Positions 27,801 through 37,756 of a DNA stretch of 60,471 nucleotides are shown here, piece after piece. Made by a program: the position numbers and the translations under genes. This DNA is from a virus (lineage: Duplodnaviria > Caudoviricetes), in the IMG/VR virus record IMGVR_UViG_3300027971_000003, positions 1-60,471 of that record. One strand, 5' to 3'. A model generated the notes under the pieces. The model had not been told where the DNA came from, made no database searches, and saw only the letters and a list, made by a program, of their open reading frames with translations. Every line of letters begins with the position of its first letter. The first letter of the stretch is position 1.

Positions 27801-30800
27801 TTTAGTGGACGGAGCAGCAAACCACGACCCCAACTCACCGGCATTTGTTTTTCTGCGCGGCTTGCCAAGCTGGACTTGCTTTGTTTCAAACACATTGAAC
27901 GAAGAAGTGGTTCCGTGATACGCCACCAGCGGCTTACCGCCCTCGTCCACTACCTTGCTGTCACCAAACCAGCGTTTAAACTCAGGTGTGTCTGGGGAAT
28001 TGATGGAATACCGGATGTCTTTGTTAGACTCCGAATATGTCCCACGGTTACCGATGGCAGACTTGATCTGCGTTTGATCAAAGGCATTGACCTCCACGAA
28101 ATTACCATCAACATCTCTGACAATAATCCCGTCATAGCCAGCCTTTTGTAACGCCCTTTTGATGGAAGCCCCAGACATATCCATCATGCGCTTACCGGTG
28201 ATGGCTTGTATCTCAGCGTTTAAACTGTTGCTGATCTCTCTGGAGCCATTGCCATCCAACCTCAGATAGTCCACTTCCCTAGACGGTTCTTCACCGGCAA
28301 TCTTTGAACGCAAGATGTCCCTTGCGCTTATGCCTTTTTGGATTGATGCGGTCAGGTCGAGGTATAGCGGATTCTGGATAGAAATCCAAAGCGGCATCAC
28401 CACCCCATCGGGGGCAAAACTCTCGGCGTATTTCTCCACCGCCGTGGTGTAAATGCCTTGGCCTAACTTGCCATCGTCTGACTTGTTAAACACGCTGAAC
28501 AGGTCAGCGCCCTCTTCCGGCGTCTTGGTTGCGTGATACATGACCAGCGGATTGCCGTCTTTATCAACCACCCGGCTGTCCTTGAACCAGCGTTTAAACG
28601 CTGGAGTTTCTGGGGAACTGATTGAATACCGGATGTAACCTTCTTCCTGTCTTATCTTGGCTTCTTTGGCGGTGATAGTTCTGCCTTCTCTTTTGCCTTC
28701 CGCTTTACGCTCTTCCTGCGTTAATTTACGCTGACCGAAAGCACCGAGGTTACCCACCGCAGACTTCACATTAGTGCGTTTAAACACGGCATAGTTCTTA
28801 TCCGCCATGTCTTCTCGCATGGTGATGCCGTCGAAGTCTAGATTCTTGATTGCAGCAATTGTCTCTGGGTGTTCTATGTAACCCCAATCACCCATCGACA
28901 GATAGCCATCCAGTTGCTTCTTGGAGATCGTTGTCTCTATCAGATTTAGAGTATCTGTTTCAAACTTATGGGTATTGCCACCCCAATCCTTGGTCATCTC
29001 ATCGACAACCCTCTTCACATGATCTTTGTTTTGATAGTTAAACGGATTCTCAAGCTTCACATACAGAGGGACTGTGTTTGCCCTAGTCTCTGCGCGATTG
29101 AGGACAGCGGTTCGCCATTCATCAATACCATATTCAATAAACTTCTGGGGATCGGTCTTCATGTTTAGACCGTATTCACGCCGAGTCAGATCGTCCATCT
29201 TGCTAAGGGTTTCGCGTTTGGCGTCTTTAATGTCTTCATCCGTCAGGCCAACAGATGGATCATCGTAGTTCTTGGAAATCCAATCTTCGGATAACTGAGA
29301 GAAGTTCTGAGCAAAGAATGGTTCGTCTGTTACAAAGATGGCTTCAGCCTGTTTAGGCATAAAGCGTTCAAAGTCACGGGCTGTCCCATGCATCATTACC
29401 CTTGGGAAACCTTTGCTGTCTACCATAATGGAGTTGCCAAACCACCGCCAGAAGTTCTGAATACCCTCTGGGGTAGTGGCAATAAAAGCACCCCTGCTGT
29501 TGCGGGTCGGACGCATCACCCCGTCAACATTGATACGGGCTTTTATTTCTGGTTGTTCGGCTTCTGTGAGCTGGAACTTTGGCTTGACTCCCGTTTTTTC
29601 AACGGCTGTCCTTGCCGCATCAACGAAGGATTTACGGAGGCTATCCAGCCCTGCTGATATATCGGGTCTGTCGGGTCTGCCATTTTGAATGCTTTTGACA
29701 AGAGTCTTTCCTGTGGCTTCGTTTTCCCAATCATAATATCTATACTCCGATTCTGCGCCAAAAGCGCTTGAGTTCTCTACGCCAACAATGGCCTGTGCCT
29801 TGTCTCTAAACTTAACCAGCGCAGCTTCAAACGACGCATCATCCATCAAGAATGGTTTGCCGTCATCGCCACGGTAATTAATCAAGATGAATTCATTGCT
29901 CTTGATTTTAGAATATCCAGCTTCAGTTCCCAACTCTTCTTGCAAAGCTTTAAACAGCTTCTTCTCTTGGGTAATGGTTAGGTTAGCAGGTTTAAACTGT
30001 ATACGATACCCAAGCTGCCCGGTGGCATTGGGGTCTGCGCGGAAGAACGGCGTAGCATCCTGTTGAAAGACATAAGACATTGCGTCAGACAACGTCTGAG
30101 CGTCAGCCTTGGCAACCTTTGGGTTGAAGTTGACGATCCTGACAATCATGTTAGGGGATACAGCGCTGGCGTAACCGCCCGTTCCTTCAGATGCGCGTAT
30201 GGTGCTTTTCAGCCCAAGTATGTCGGCAATTTTTTCAACGGTCTTTTCTTTGATTACCTGCTTGTTGAATTCAAGCTTTTCCTTAAAAACCATTTCAGAA
30301 ATCTGAACCATCTCGCCTTTGGTTGACGGGATAGCTTCTCCGGTAATGATCTCAGTCCTTGCGCGAATCTCTGCGGACGGTTCACGCAACGCAGGGGTAG
30401 ACGGTAACGAAGTGACCCCCTTGGCTTTAAACGAATAAGCATAATCACCCAACGCCCTTTCAAAGCAAAGGAAGCGCAGTTGCTCATCGTTCATTTTCTT
30501 ATGCTGCCCTTTTTCCCTAAACTGTTTAAACAAGCCCTTGGCTTTCTGGGTAACCCATGAAGCAGCCTGTATCTGTCTGGGAGGGACATTGACCTTGCTG
30601 GCAAGTAACCTGACCATCTTCTCAGCAAGTTCATACTGAGCATCTGTCGGGGCATCTCTGTTGAACAGCATCCGAGTCATGTGCAGGTCGATAGTAGAGC
30701 GGCCTGAGTCCTTGCCTTCCATTGCCTCCATCAGGTTCAAATAGAAGGTATTGGTTTTACGGCCTTCCCAATCAATACCAAAGTTCAAAAGATCGGATAT

Positions 30801-33746
30801 CCTTTTATTCTTTTGCTCCGTTGCCACCTTGATTGGCTTACCTTCGGCGGCTTGTTTCCAAGCGTTATACGTCATGGTGAAGTTAGCTTTGACTTCAGTA
30901 GCCGCCGATGTAATGGCAATGATCTGGAAGAACTTCTCAGCCAAGACTTTGTCTTGATTGAAGACATCAAGCACTGCCTTGGCAGACTTCTCATACCACT
31001 CGGCACCTTGGATGCCATCATCCGCATACTGCTGGAGCTTTTTAACCCCAGCACGAACGTCAGCAAGGGTCTTACCGCTGGTCAGACCTGCAATACGATT
31101 GCCTATGTTCTTAACGATATCCTCAAGCTCTTTCTCGTAGATACGGACGCCCTTTAAATCAAAGGGTCGTTTGTCGCCGGAGTCATCTATGTTTAAGGAA
31201 AAGCGGGGAGCTTCACCAGTTTCCACACCCTCATAGCGCGGAGCATTGCCTTCAGGCGCAGCCCGAGTCGGGCGCATCTGACCCATCTCTACCCGTTTAA
31301 ACACTTGATCAGAGGTCTGGAAGCCAAGCCCTGAGAATTGATTGCCAAGGGACTCAAGGAAAGCTTTGATCTTGGCAAATATCCGACTTAGCATCCCGGG
31401 CGGAGTGCCGTTGGCGTTGAAGTATTTAAACGCATCAGCAATGGCTTCTTCGGTGATGTAGCTGTCGAAACCTTCCAAGTTGCCCTTGTCCTGTAGGTAG
31501 ATCGCCTTGTAAGCCTCGTAAAGGCTTTTGCCATCTTGGGTATTGCGGTTCTTGATAAAGCGGTTAATCCAGTCCTTCTTGGCTGTGGATTCAAGAAGCT
31601 TCCATTCCTGATCCGTGAAAGCACCCAGTTCCTTCAAGGCATGGATCGTTTCGTGACGCAGGGTTGCCATCGGATTGGGGGCTGACAACGCAATTGCAAT
31701 CAGGTTCTGAGCGTAGTAACCATCCCCAGAACCCTGTGCGCTCTCGATAGAGTCCATGATCCGCAGACCCGTTCCTTCTAGTCCTACCTGCTTCATAAAA
31801 GGCAGAAGGGTTTGACGAAGGGATTCTTTGGCGGCTATGGCTTCCTGCGTTGGGACACTAGTTGGCGCGGCATCAACTGTTTCTTCTGCCTGTTCCAGTG
31901 TCGGAAAATAATAAAGCGGCTTACCGTTCTGAAAGACTGTAAACCCTTCGTCAGAAGATTTTGCTGGCCTAACCAGCAAAGGCGCAGTGAAAGATGTCTT
32001 CTTGGCGGTCAGTTCTTCAATGCTCTTTTGGATCGCAAGGTTGTCTTGGGCTACCTGTTGAGACAGGGTTGCATATTCAGGGGTATTGGCCTGACCCTCT
32101 GCCTCCATGCTTTCCACAGACAGATTGTTCTGGTCAGTCTTCGCCTGAAGCCCTTTGACCTCCTTGTCGATACCCTTAATCCCGTCCTTCCTAATCTCAG
32201 CCAGACGCTGGGCCTTTTGATCCACCTCGTCCATAGACATGGGCTTGGGCGACAGGACGGTATCCCCGGAGACAATATCAAACCCCTGCTGTTTAAACAG
32301 CCCTTGCTTGATGTCATAACCGGGCGGATACCCGGCATTGTTCCTCAAAGTGGTTATTTCAACAGGGACGACAGAGGCTTTATTCGCCTCTTCAGCGTTT
32401 AAACGCTCTGCTGCTTTGTCAGCAATTGCTTGTTCAGTCGTCCGAAACAGGGTGGTTCCATCCGCATTTTTGACATCAAAGAACGGGCTTATGTGAGCTT
32501 TTATGTCCCCATTATCTGTGGCCTGTTTGACGTAGGAGCTGATCTCTGCTTCATCTTGGATACCGGCAGTCTTGAAGATGTCGGCAATCTTTTGGGCATC
32601 AGATATCCCAGCCTCTGGAATGTTTGCGCGAAGCTGCTCAATTGCGCTCCTATACTTGTCAGGATCGATCTGGGGCGCTTCTGGGACTATGGGTGAGGGT
32701 TGGGTAGCCTGAACCGGTTGCGGGGCTTCTTGGGGCGCTCTAAGCCCTCCAGCCACGCCGCCAAAGCCAGCGCCACCAATTGCCGCCATACCTGCCGTAG
32801 CGCCCAAGCCTTGGGTCAGTTCCTGCTCTGGGCTGACCTGTCGCATCGCCACGTTCTGGGCGAACTTACCGCCCGTTTCTTCAGCCACTTCACTGGTCGC
32901 TTCGCCCAAAGCGCCTTTTGCAGCGCCTAGCAAACGACCTGTGGTGCCGGGAACCCCAGCAAAAGATTCTTCCAGAGTCTTGGCTCCGGGCAGTTTCTGG
33001 GCTAACAGGGAAATTATTGCGCCTGAAGCACCTGAAGCACGGGCTAGGTTTAAAGCTTGGCTCTTAGCTTCTTCTTGCGGAGTGCCTTTATCCACCAAGG
33101 TTTTATAGACGTTCTCATATGTGCCTGTCCCAATGTCCGCGCCTTGTTGAACCGCACCTGCACCAATAGCCGCACGAGTTCCTGTTGTGCCAGCCGCTTG
33201 AGCGGCTTCTTCCGCAGCAAGACCAGCACCCAGCCCTTTACCCATTGTTAAGGCTTTACCCACCTTGGCAGCGCCAAATGGGACAATCATCTGAGGAGCT
33301 TGTTCAGCAAGGAAACTGGTTAACAGAGCGGGGTCTTTGATGGTTTCACCGGCAGCAGTCTTAAAGGCTTCCCATTGCCCTTTCTTTTCTGCCTCTTGAA
33401 TCCTTTGTGAGCGTTGAGCTTCCCGCTGTTTCAACGCTTCAGATTTCATCTCTTCGCCGGATTTGGCAATGCTTTTACCAAGGCCAAGTAGTCCGGTGTC
33501 TTCAAAATTACCAGTAGCTAACCCATAAAGCTGTCCCGGCAATTGAACCAAAGAACCAACGCCAGATGTGATGCCAGCACCGATATCTTTGGCAGCTTCA
33601 CCAAAAGTTCTTTCTAGCGGAGCGTCTGGTTGTTTATTTGCAAAAGATGATGAAATTAAATTTTGAGCATCTTCTGGGCTTAATCCGGCAGGAACTTCAA
33701 ATCGAGCAACCCTGCCATCTGGCATCTCGAAACGGGCTATAGGCAT
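24858..33746 (-). CDS. Giant polyvalent internal virion protein (HExxH peptidase-like, glycosylase-like, 3x ART-like, LPD38-like)
   Basis: 2962 aa. LRHETIHAL near 31650; WYE...TIDLHM...QAASWV at 30550-31010; three FxxWFxxSxxVD..GxPxxxxH(G/A)T...PxxxxxxNP...xDGI...KSAxGN repeats at 27440-29460; C-terminal VPFFNA/KIPIPFEIG region. Confidence 0.75.
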   Translation of the reverse strand: MPIARFEMPDGRVARFEVPAGLSPEDAQNLISSSFANKQPDAPLERTFGEAAKDIGAGITSGVGSLVQLPGQLYGLATGNFEDTGLLGLGKSIAKSGEEMKSEALKQREAQRSQRIQEAEKKGQWEAFKTAAGETIKDPALLTSFLAEQAPQMIVPFGAAKVGKALTMGKGLGAGLAAEEAAQAAGTTGTRAAIGAGAVQQGADIGTGTYENVYKTLVDKGTPQEEAKSQALNLARASGASGAIISLLAQKLPGAKTLEESFAGVPGTTGRLLGAAKGALGEATSEVAEETGGKFAQNVAMRQVSPEQELTQGLGATAGMAAIGGAGFGGVAGGLRAPQEAPQPVQATQPSPIVPEAPQIDPDKYRSAIEQLRANIPEAGISDAQKIADIFKTAGIQDEAEISSYVKQATDNGDIKAHISPFFDVKNADGTTLFRTTEQAIADKAAERLNAEEANKASVVPVEITTLRNNAGYPPGYDIKQGLFKQQGFDIVSGDTVLSPKPMSMDEVDQKAQRLAEIRKDGIKGIDKEVKGLQAKTDQNNLSVESMEAEGQANTPEYATLSQQVAQDNLAIQKSIEELTAKKTSFTAPLLVRPAKSSDEGFTVFQNGKPLYYFPTLEQAEETVDAAPTSVPTQEAIAAKESLRQTLLPFMKQVGLEGTGLRIMDSIESAQGSGDGYYAQNLIAIALSAPNPMATLRHETIHALKELGAFTDQEWKLLESTAKKDWINRFIKNRNTQDGKSLYEAYKAIYLQDKGNLEGFDSYITEEAIADAFKYFNANGTPPGMLSRIFAKIKAFLESLGNQFSGLGFQTSDQVFKRVEMGQMRPTRAAPEGNAPRYEGVETGEAPRFSLNIDDSGDKRPFDLKGVRIYEKELEDIVKNIGNRIAGLTSGKTLADVRAGVKKLQQYADDGIQGAEWYEKSAKAVLDVFNQDKVLAEKFFQIIAITSAATEVKANFTMTYNAWKQAAEGKPIKVATEQKNKRISDLLNFGIDWEGRKTNTFYLNLMEAMEGKDSGRSTIDLHMTRMLFNRDAPTDAQYELAEKMVRLLASKVNVPPRQIQAASWVTQKAKGLFKQFREKGQHKKMNDEQLRFLCFERALGDYAYSFKAKGVTSLPSTPALREPSAEIRARTEIITGEAIPSTKGEMVQISEMVFKEKLEFNKQVIKEKTVEKIADILGLKSTIRASEGTGGYASAVSPNMIVRIVNFNPKVAKADAQTLSDAMSYVFQQDATPFFRADPNATGQLGYRIQFKPANLTITQEKKLFKALQEELGTEAGYSKIKSNEFILINYRGDDGKPFLMDDASFEAALVKFRDKAQAIVGVENSSAFGAESEYRYYDWENEATGKTLVKSIQNGRPDRPDISAGLDSLRKSFVDAARTAVEKTGVKPKFQLTEAEQPEIKARINVDGVMRPTRNSRGAFIATTPEGIQNFWRWFGNSIMVDSKGFPRVMMHGTARDFERFMPKQAEAIFVTDEPFFAQNFSQLSEDWISKNYDDPSVGLTDEDIKDAKRETLSKMDDLTRREYGLNMKTDPQKFIEYGIDEWRTAVLNRAETRANTVPLYVKLENPFNYQNKDHVKRVVDEMTKDWGGNTHKFETDTLNLIETTISKKQLDGYLSMGDWGYIEHPETIAAIKNLDFDGITMREDMADKNYAVFKRTNVKSAVGNLGAFGQRKLTQEERKAEGKREGRTITAKEAKIRQEEGYIRYSISSPETPAFKRWFKDSRVVDKDGNPLVMYHATKTPEEGADLFSVFNKSDDGKLGQGIYTTAVEKYAESFAPDGVVMPLWISIQNPLYLDLTASIQKGISARDILRSKIAGEEPSREVDYLRLDGNGSREISNSLNAEIQAITGKRMMDMSGASIKRALQKAGYDGIIVRDVDGNFVEVNAFDQTQIKSAIGNRGTYSESNKDIRYSINSPDTPEFKRWFGDSKVVDEGGKPLVAYHGTTSSFNVFETKQVQLGKPRRKTNAGELGSWFAAPSTKEYDEGNAEYIASSFTEDTSPSAKLDDYKTGANVMPVYLSIKNPYDAGDYESLMDDRDEYGSWKALRKHLESEGYDGIVIYGSDTDGNVIRDDWVAFEPTQIKSATGNRGTFDENNPDIRYSIRDAFDADFNANFGQAGNDALNRATYVRQEKGFAQRIAEAISPDSVTAIRQKLLNKYEAVERLSKMVAADTRPGFLGAKELLADVSANAAALQADRAAGVAAEALMNGIPVYENGYTKVTDMGGKVKGLIPILEPLLKKYQSPKILQMFQFYSATRRGIRLYSEGRERVLTPADFALGKAFETKYPEFKTAYDEYQKFNEGLVKFLIDTGVLSKAMGAEWTKYGDYLPFYRQIDGETTVGPKMFQNLSGVKITPELKGGDAQIGDYLETVVRNTRSAIEQGMKNVAAQRVVRDVMRLNTQGMNDMGRKLQPHEKGGSDVVTVRENGDDVRYRVADPLLVESMKSLHNMGINSFWTLMSYPTQLLRNLVTKEPSFILANLARDSMQAWVTSGVSMTPLVDTFKQFGKVLANQSPEAKALRAAGIGTGYEFSGDVKASAKAVADALNDRAGIKTGWQKAMWPVSKVWDALDKGSNASDLATRAEIYKKVLAETGNEAEAIYQSLEVMNFGRMGSSPMIQVISALVPFFNARVQGMDVLYRAGFGRMATQNSKAQHKAFMHRALFIAAMSSLYWFMARDTDEWKRASKEVRDNYWLIGNVKIPIPFEIGVLFKVAPERILEAAFGNDTGGDLAESALRNIISTLKINPVPQAFLPILEESVNYSLFTGMPIVGRGMENVAAPYQRNSSTTELSIMLGDQLNLSPIRIDHVLSAYTGSMGMYMAQMIGAVINTVSEETRPAMSIEQTPVLKRFFASDKAGGTIDAFYSLKKEVDVVVRTQHELQNRGNPEQYAEYMEKNGQLLGLKGLVSSIDKQLTNFRMLRNKVQFSSLDPQEKRETLDNIRYAEIAITENIKEIKKNALQ

Positions 33747-35488
33747 TATTCATATCCCAAAAATTTCGGAGCTTTCGCATTAGAGGTTTGCGGAACGGCA
33801 GAAGTTAAACCTCGCATTTCACTAAGTTGTTTTTTAGCACTTTCTACTTGAGCCGCTATAGCTGGGTCTTTTTTAGCGGCAGACGTATTCGACATTATAA
33901 AGTTATTTAAATCCTCCGCTTTATTTGCATCATATTTAGGCGCTGGTTTTTTGCCAGCAGGATACATATCCGCATAAACTTCGGCAAAAGTTTTCCCCGT
34001 TGATGACGCAAGTTTTTCAATAAGCTGAACCTCTGCGGCAGGTAGTTTTGCTAGCGCCGCCCTTGCAGCATTATCTGAAGCATGAATCCTTTCCATTGAC
34101 TTCATCTTCTCACGTTCCGTCTTTGTCTGTTCTTGGGTATTGAACAGATGCGCTCCGGTCTTCAGGTATTCTTCACGGGCCTTCACAGCCTCTTGATAAG
34201 CCTTGCTGCCAACGCCATAGAGCTTCTCTTTCAAAGCAATGTCGCGGTTGTAATCTTCTTCACTCATGCCCTTAAGGACGCCCAAGTTCTCTGCTTGTTT
34301 GGCAGCATGTGAGGCCTCCAGACCGCGAAGCTTTGCGCCACCAGCGACACCCTCAGATATCCAGTTACTACCACCACGCACACCACCCATAGCACCCTGT
34401 GCCATAGCACTGAGACGATCAGACCAATCCAGTGGGGCGTTCTGTTTCTCAAGGGCGGCCCTCAATGCGTCAGAGTCTTTCTTGCGCTGATCCACAAGAC
34501 CTTGATCTTGTGGAACCATCCGCTGGTATTCTTCAAGAGCAGCCTTTTTAGCGTCAGCAGGATTAGCTTTAATGCTGGCTGTAAGCTCCGATTGAAGCAA
34601 AGAGCCAAGACCTTGAGGTTCGTTACTTACATTTTGAAGCGTAGCGGCAGGACGCGTAGCAACAGGACGTTGAGCAGCAGGAGCAGCAGGACGTTGTGCC
34701 GGAGGTCTTTGTTCACCTTCGCCAATACCAAACCTATCGTTTAACGGTTCGGTTGCCACAGCCGGTTGATTTACTGCGGCAGGTTTGGCGGCAGCTTTAG
34801 GATCATAGCCTTTCAAATACTCATAAGCGTTTTTTAACGCAGCAACTTTAGATTCAGATAACTGCCTCTCTTCTGGCGTTGCGCTTTCAAAATAACCCAA
34901 ACCTTGCTTTTGCATTGCTTGACGCAATTCAATCAAATCTTGATTGCGCTTGTTAATTGCTTTGCCTTCTTCTTCTTTGGCAAGGCGATCCAATCGGAAT
35001 TGAGATTTAGCTTCACCACCCTCATCAAACGCAACAATCCCACCAGAAGCCATTGCTTCAGGTTGAGCAGCTTGATTAGCACCGGGAGCGGAGGCTATGC
35101 CACCAGCCATAGGAGAGGGTTGTGGAGCTGCCTTTTGAACGCCACCTGAAAGCTTTTCTGTCAAAGTTTTCTGGATTTCGTCCATTGCGCCTTTTTCAAC
35201 GCCTTCTTCCATCTGCTGGACTACAGTCTTCTTGTCTTCCCCAGAGGCGGCTTGTTGCTGCGCCATCTTCAACTCAAGGTCTCTCTTGGCAGCATCCTGA
35301 AGCTTTTTAACCCTTGCCATTGCAAGAGCTTTAAGCAGGTCAGGAGGAAGCCCACCCTGCGGCGTGGGTTGCGGTTTTTGAGCGCCCCCTTGTGGCATTG
35401 GCGGAGTTTGCGGAGCGCCGCCTAGCGTTGGACTACCACCCATACCACCCGTGAGTGAGGCAATACCTTGATTGGGTTGACCGTTCAT
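33746..35488 (-). CDS. Putative internal virion/ejection protein
   Basis: 580 aa, helical and low-complexity, MASGGIVAFDEGG motif; position in the ejectosome block. Confidence 0.55.
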   Translation of the reverse strand: MNGQPNQGIASLTGGMGGSPTLGGAPQTPPMPQGGAQKPQPTPQGGLPPDLLKALAMARVKKLQDAAKRDLELKMAQQQAASGEDKKTVVQQMEEGVEKGAMDEIQKTLTEKLSGGVQKAAPQPSPMAGGIASAPGANQAAQPEAMASGGIVAFDEGGEAKSQFRLDRLAKEEEGKAINKRNQDLIELRQAMQKQGLGYFESATPEERQLSESKVAALKNAYEYLKGYDPKAAAKPAAVNQPAVATEPLNDRFGIGEGEQRPPAQRPAAPAAQRPVATRPAATLQNVSNEPQGLGSLLQSELTASIKANPADAKKAALEEYQRMVPQDQGLVDQRKKDSDALRAALEKQNAPLDWSDRLSAMAQGAMGGVRGGSNWISEGVAGGAKLRGLEASHAAKQAENLGVLKGMSEEDYNRDIALKEKLYGVGSKAYQEAVKAREEYLKTGAHLFNTQEQTKTEREKMKSMERIHASDNAARAALAKLPAAEVQLIEKLASSTGKTFAEVYADMYPAGKKPAPKYDANKAEDLNNFIMSNTSAAKKDPAIAAQVESAKKQLSEMRGLTSAVPQTSNAKAPKFLGYE

Positions 35489-35497
35489 AGTGGTTCC

Positions 35498-37756
35498 TTA
35501 TTTCTTAACAGTAGTAACGGAGGCAGTATCGGGGAATAATAGTTTATACAGATCAGTCATATTACTTGCCCCACCAAGCAGTGACGCAAGGGCGCTAGGC
35601 TGTTGATAGTTGTTAGACTGCGCTTGAACCGGAAGACCTTCTAGCAATGCTTTCTGGAATTCAATCTTCTTATACGGGTCTTTTTTCTCTTCCTCAAACT
35701 GCGCTTTGTCTGCGGTAATACCTTCTTGCTCAATAGCGCGTTGCTGACCCCCAAGATCAGCCTGTTTCTGCAAGGCTTGGAGACCGTAGGCGTTAGTGTC
35801 TCTCTGTGACTCAAGACCTCTGTTTTGCTCCGTATTGAACTGACCCATAGCTTTGTCAAAAGCCGTTTGGTAGCCCTTGCCTAACTCTGCATTTTGTTGT
35901 GTTTGCAGGTTACGGTTGGATTCGCTCTCCAACAAAGCTTGACGAGAACCACCGAACCCCCCTGCCTGAGTTAATTTAGCCATGTTGGGCTGTAGGTTTA
36001 ACTGAGACTGACGGCGCATCTCTTCCATCTGCGGGTTAAGGGCAGCGGAGAGGTAGGGATTCATGTAGTTCTGTGCTTGGTCAGCCGTGAAGGTCTGCGG
36101 AGTGAATGCACCCATCTGTGAGGTAGGCACGTTTAAACCAGCAGAGGCATCAAAAGCAGCGGTTTGACCAGCAGATTGACCCGCAGTCAAAGGGCCACCG
36201 TAAGCCTGATACGGAGCAGCAGCAAGTGCTTGGCCTTTACCCAGCATACCCGTGACGTAATCACCCGCCCAGTTTGATAAGTTGGATTCCGCGCCAATAG
36301 CATTAGCAGGGGGTGTAACACCGCCTGTGAGGAAATGCTTAACATCGCCTCCACCGGCATAGCCCACCAAACCACCCGGAAGAAACTTATTGGGGTTGAT
36401 CTGCTTGCCTTGTTTCTTTGTGCCAGTACGAGCTTTACGGATTTTGTCCATCATGCTGTAAAGGCGTTCTGCCCCAGCATCGGAGTTCCCGTTACCAAGA
36501 TGGCTAACCACGTCAGCCGGAATAACAAATTCACCGTGACTCAATCTAGCCTCCTGATTTCCCTCAATATTTGCAGGTAGTTTATCAGCCATTCCATCCG
36601 TCGGGCCAGACAAATAGTTCCCGCGTTTAAGGGCAGTTATGCCACCACCGGAAGCGTAATTATCTTCATAGGTTATTGGTTGTGCGTTGGGATTGGGCGT
36701 CCGTTTAGAGGCATCAAATAAACTACTCAAAAAATTAGAAGAATTTCCTTTTCTATAAACCGGATCATCTATAGCAATCATACCCGGATTTGGATTCTGA
36801 GCGGTCGGACTGTCGTATTTACCCGGCGCAGCGGGTTGAGCCACAGTTTGATTTGCCGGAGTTATAGAACCAATACCACCCGATTGAGCATTTATATCTG
36901 TAGGGGCAGATTCTTTGTTTAGAGGCATCTTCCAGCCATCATCTGTTGATGTTATTACATTTTTTGCGTCTGTTAACGAAGCCAACCCCTTCATTGTCGG
37001 TGCAAGACGATCAATCACAGAAGAAGCAGGGGCGGCGTAAGGCTTTGAAACCATAGAATCTGGAATCACTTTCCCTTCTGGACTTTTTTGTATTTTCTGC
37101 ATAGCTGGATTAGCCGCGTTTAAAGCAGCAAGACCTGTGGCTTGTTCACCGGCAGCAGTTTGAGCGGCAGCAGCGGCGGCAGGATCGGCGTATTTCATGT
37201 CCGTAAGGTAGCGTTGTCCTGAACTACCCGGACGGCGGGTAGGGTCATAGGCTCCCGGAACTTGCTGTTGAACAGCATTAAGGGTTGGTATCTTGCCTTG
37301 ATAGCCAGTAATTGGCGCTGGCTTGTCTTTGTTCAAAAGGCTGGTAGCCAAACCTCCAAGGCCACCACCCACAGCCATTAATTTTTTCCAGTCAGTTGAG
37401 CCATCCTTAGTAAATGCGCTTTTAAGAGACTCCCATGCTTTCTCTGGTAGGCTTTTTTGAAGTGCAGCCAAATCTATTGCGGCTTTACCTTCGGCGCTTG
37501 CTACAGTAACCCATTTGCCGGTATTCAGGTCTTTTATGTAACCTTCTTTTTCAGCGTTTGGATCAGTGTCTTCTGGCGTATCAACAACTGGCAACCCGGT
37601 ATCAGGGTCTATAGGAGTAGTTAGATCATCAGGACGAGTGGGATCAACAGGTTGAGTAATATCTGGAGGCACAGTATCAACAGGTTTTTCTATTATTGGA
37701 AGCGTTTCATCAACTTCATCGTAATATTCGCCGGTTTCTTCATTGATAGCCATCAT
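35498..37756 (-). CDS. Putative DNA ejection (pilot) protein
   Basis: YMNPY and GGFGGSRQ motifs; GPTDGMAD...ARLSHGEFVIPADVV domain. Confidence 0.6.
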   Translation of the reverse strand: MMAINEETGEYYDEVDETLPIIEKPVDTVPPDITQPVDPTRPDDLTTPIDPDTGLPVVDTPEDTDPNAEKEGYIKDLNTGKWVTVASAEGKAAIDLAALQKSLPEKAWESLKSAFTKDGSTDWKKLMAVGGGLGGLATSLLNKDKPAPITGYQGKIPTLNAVQQQVPGAYDPTRRPGSSGQRYLTDMKYADPAAAAAAQTAAGEQATGLAALNAANPAMQKIQKSPEGKVIPDSMVSKPYAAPASSVIDRLAPTMKGLASLTDAKNVITSTDDGWKMPLNKESAPTDINAQSGGIGSITPANQTVAQPAAPGKYDSPTAQNPNPGMIAIDDPVYRKGNSSNFLSSLFDASKRTPNPNAQPITYEDNYASGGGITALKRGNYLSGPTDGMADKLPANIEGNQEARLSHGEFVIPADVVSHLGNGNSDAGAERLYSMMDKIRKARTGTKKQGKQINPNKFLPGGLVGYAGGGDVKHFLTGGVTPPANAIGAESNLSNWAGDYVTGMLGKGQALAAAPYQAYGGPLTAGQSAGQTAAFDASAGLNVPTSQMGAFTPQTFTADQAQNYMNPYLSAALNPQMEEMRRQSQLNLQPNMAKLTQAGGFGGSRQALLESESNRNLQTQQNAELGKGYQTAFDKAMGQFNTEQNRGLESQRDTNAYGLQALQKQADLGGQQRAIEQEGITADKAQFEEEKKDPYKKIEFQKALLEGLPVQAQSNNYQQPSALASLLGGASNMTDLYKLLFPDTASVTTVKK

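Noticed and set aside
4376-32404. GTTTAAAC copies as a CRISPR array or cloning linkers
   Set aside because: Spacing is irregular, flanks are not conserved beyond 1-2 bp, and copies sit in frame within intact genes.
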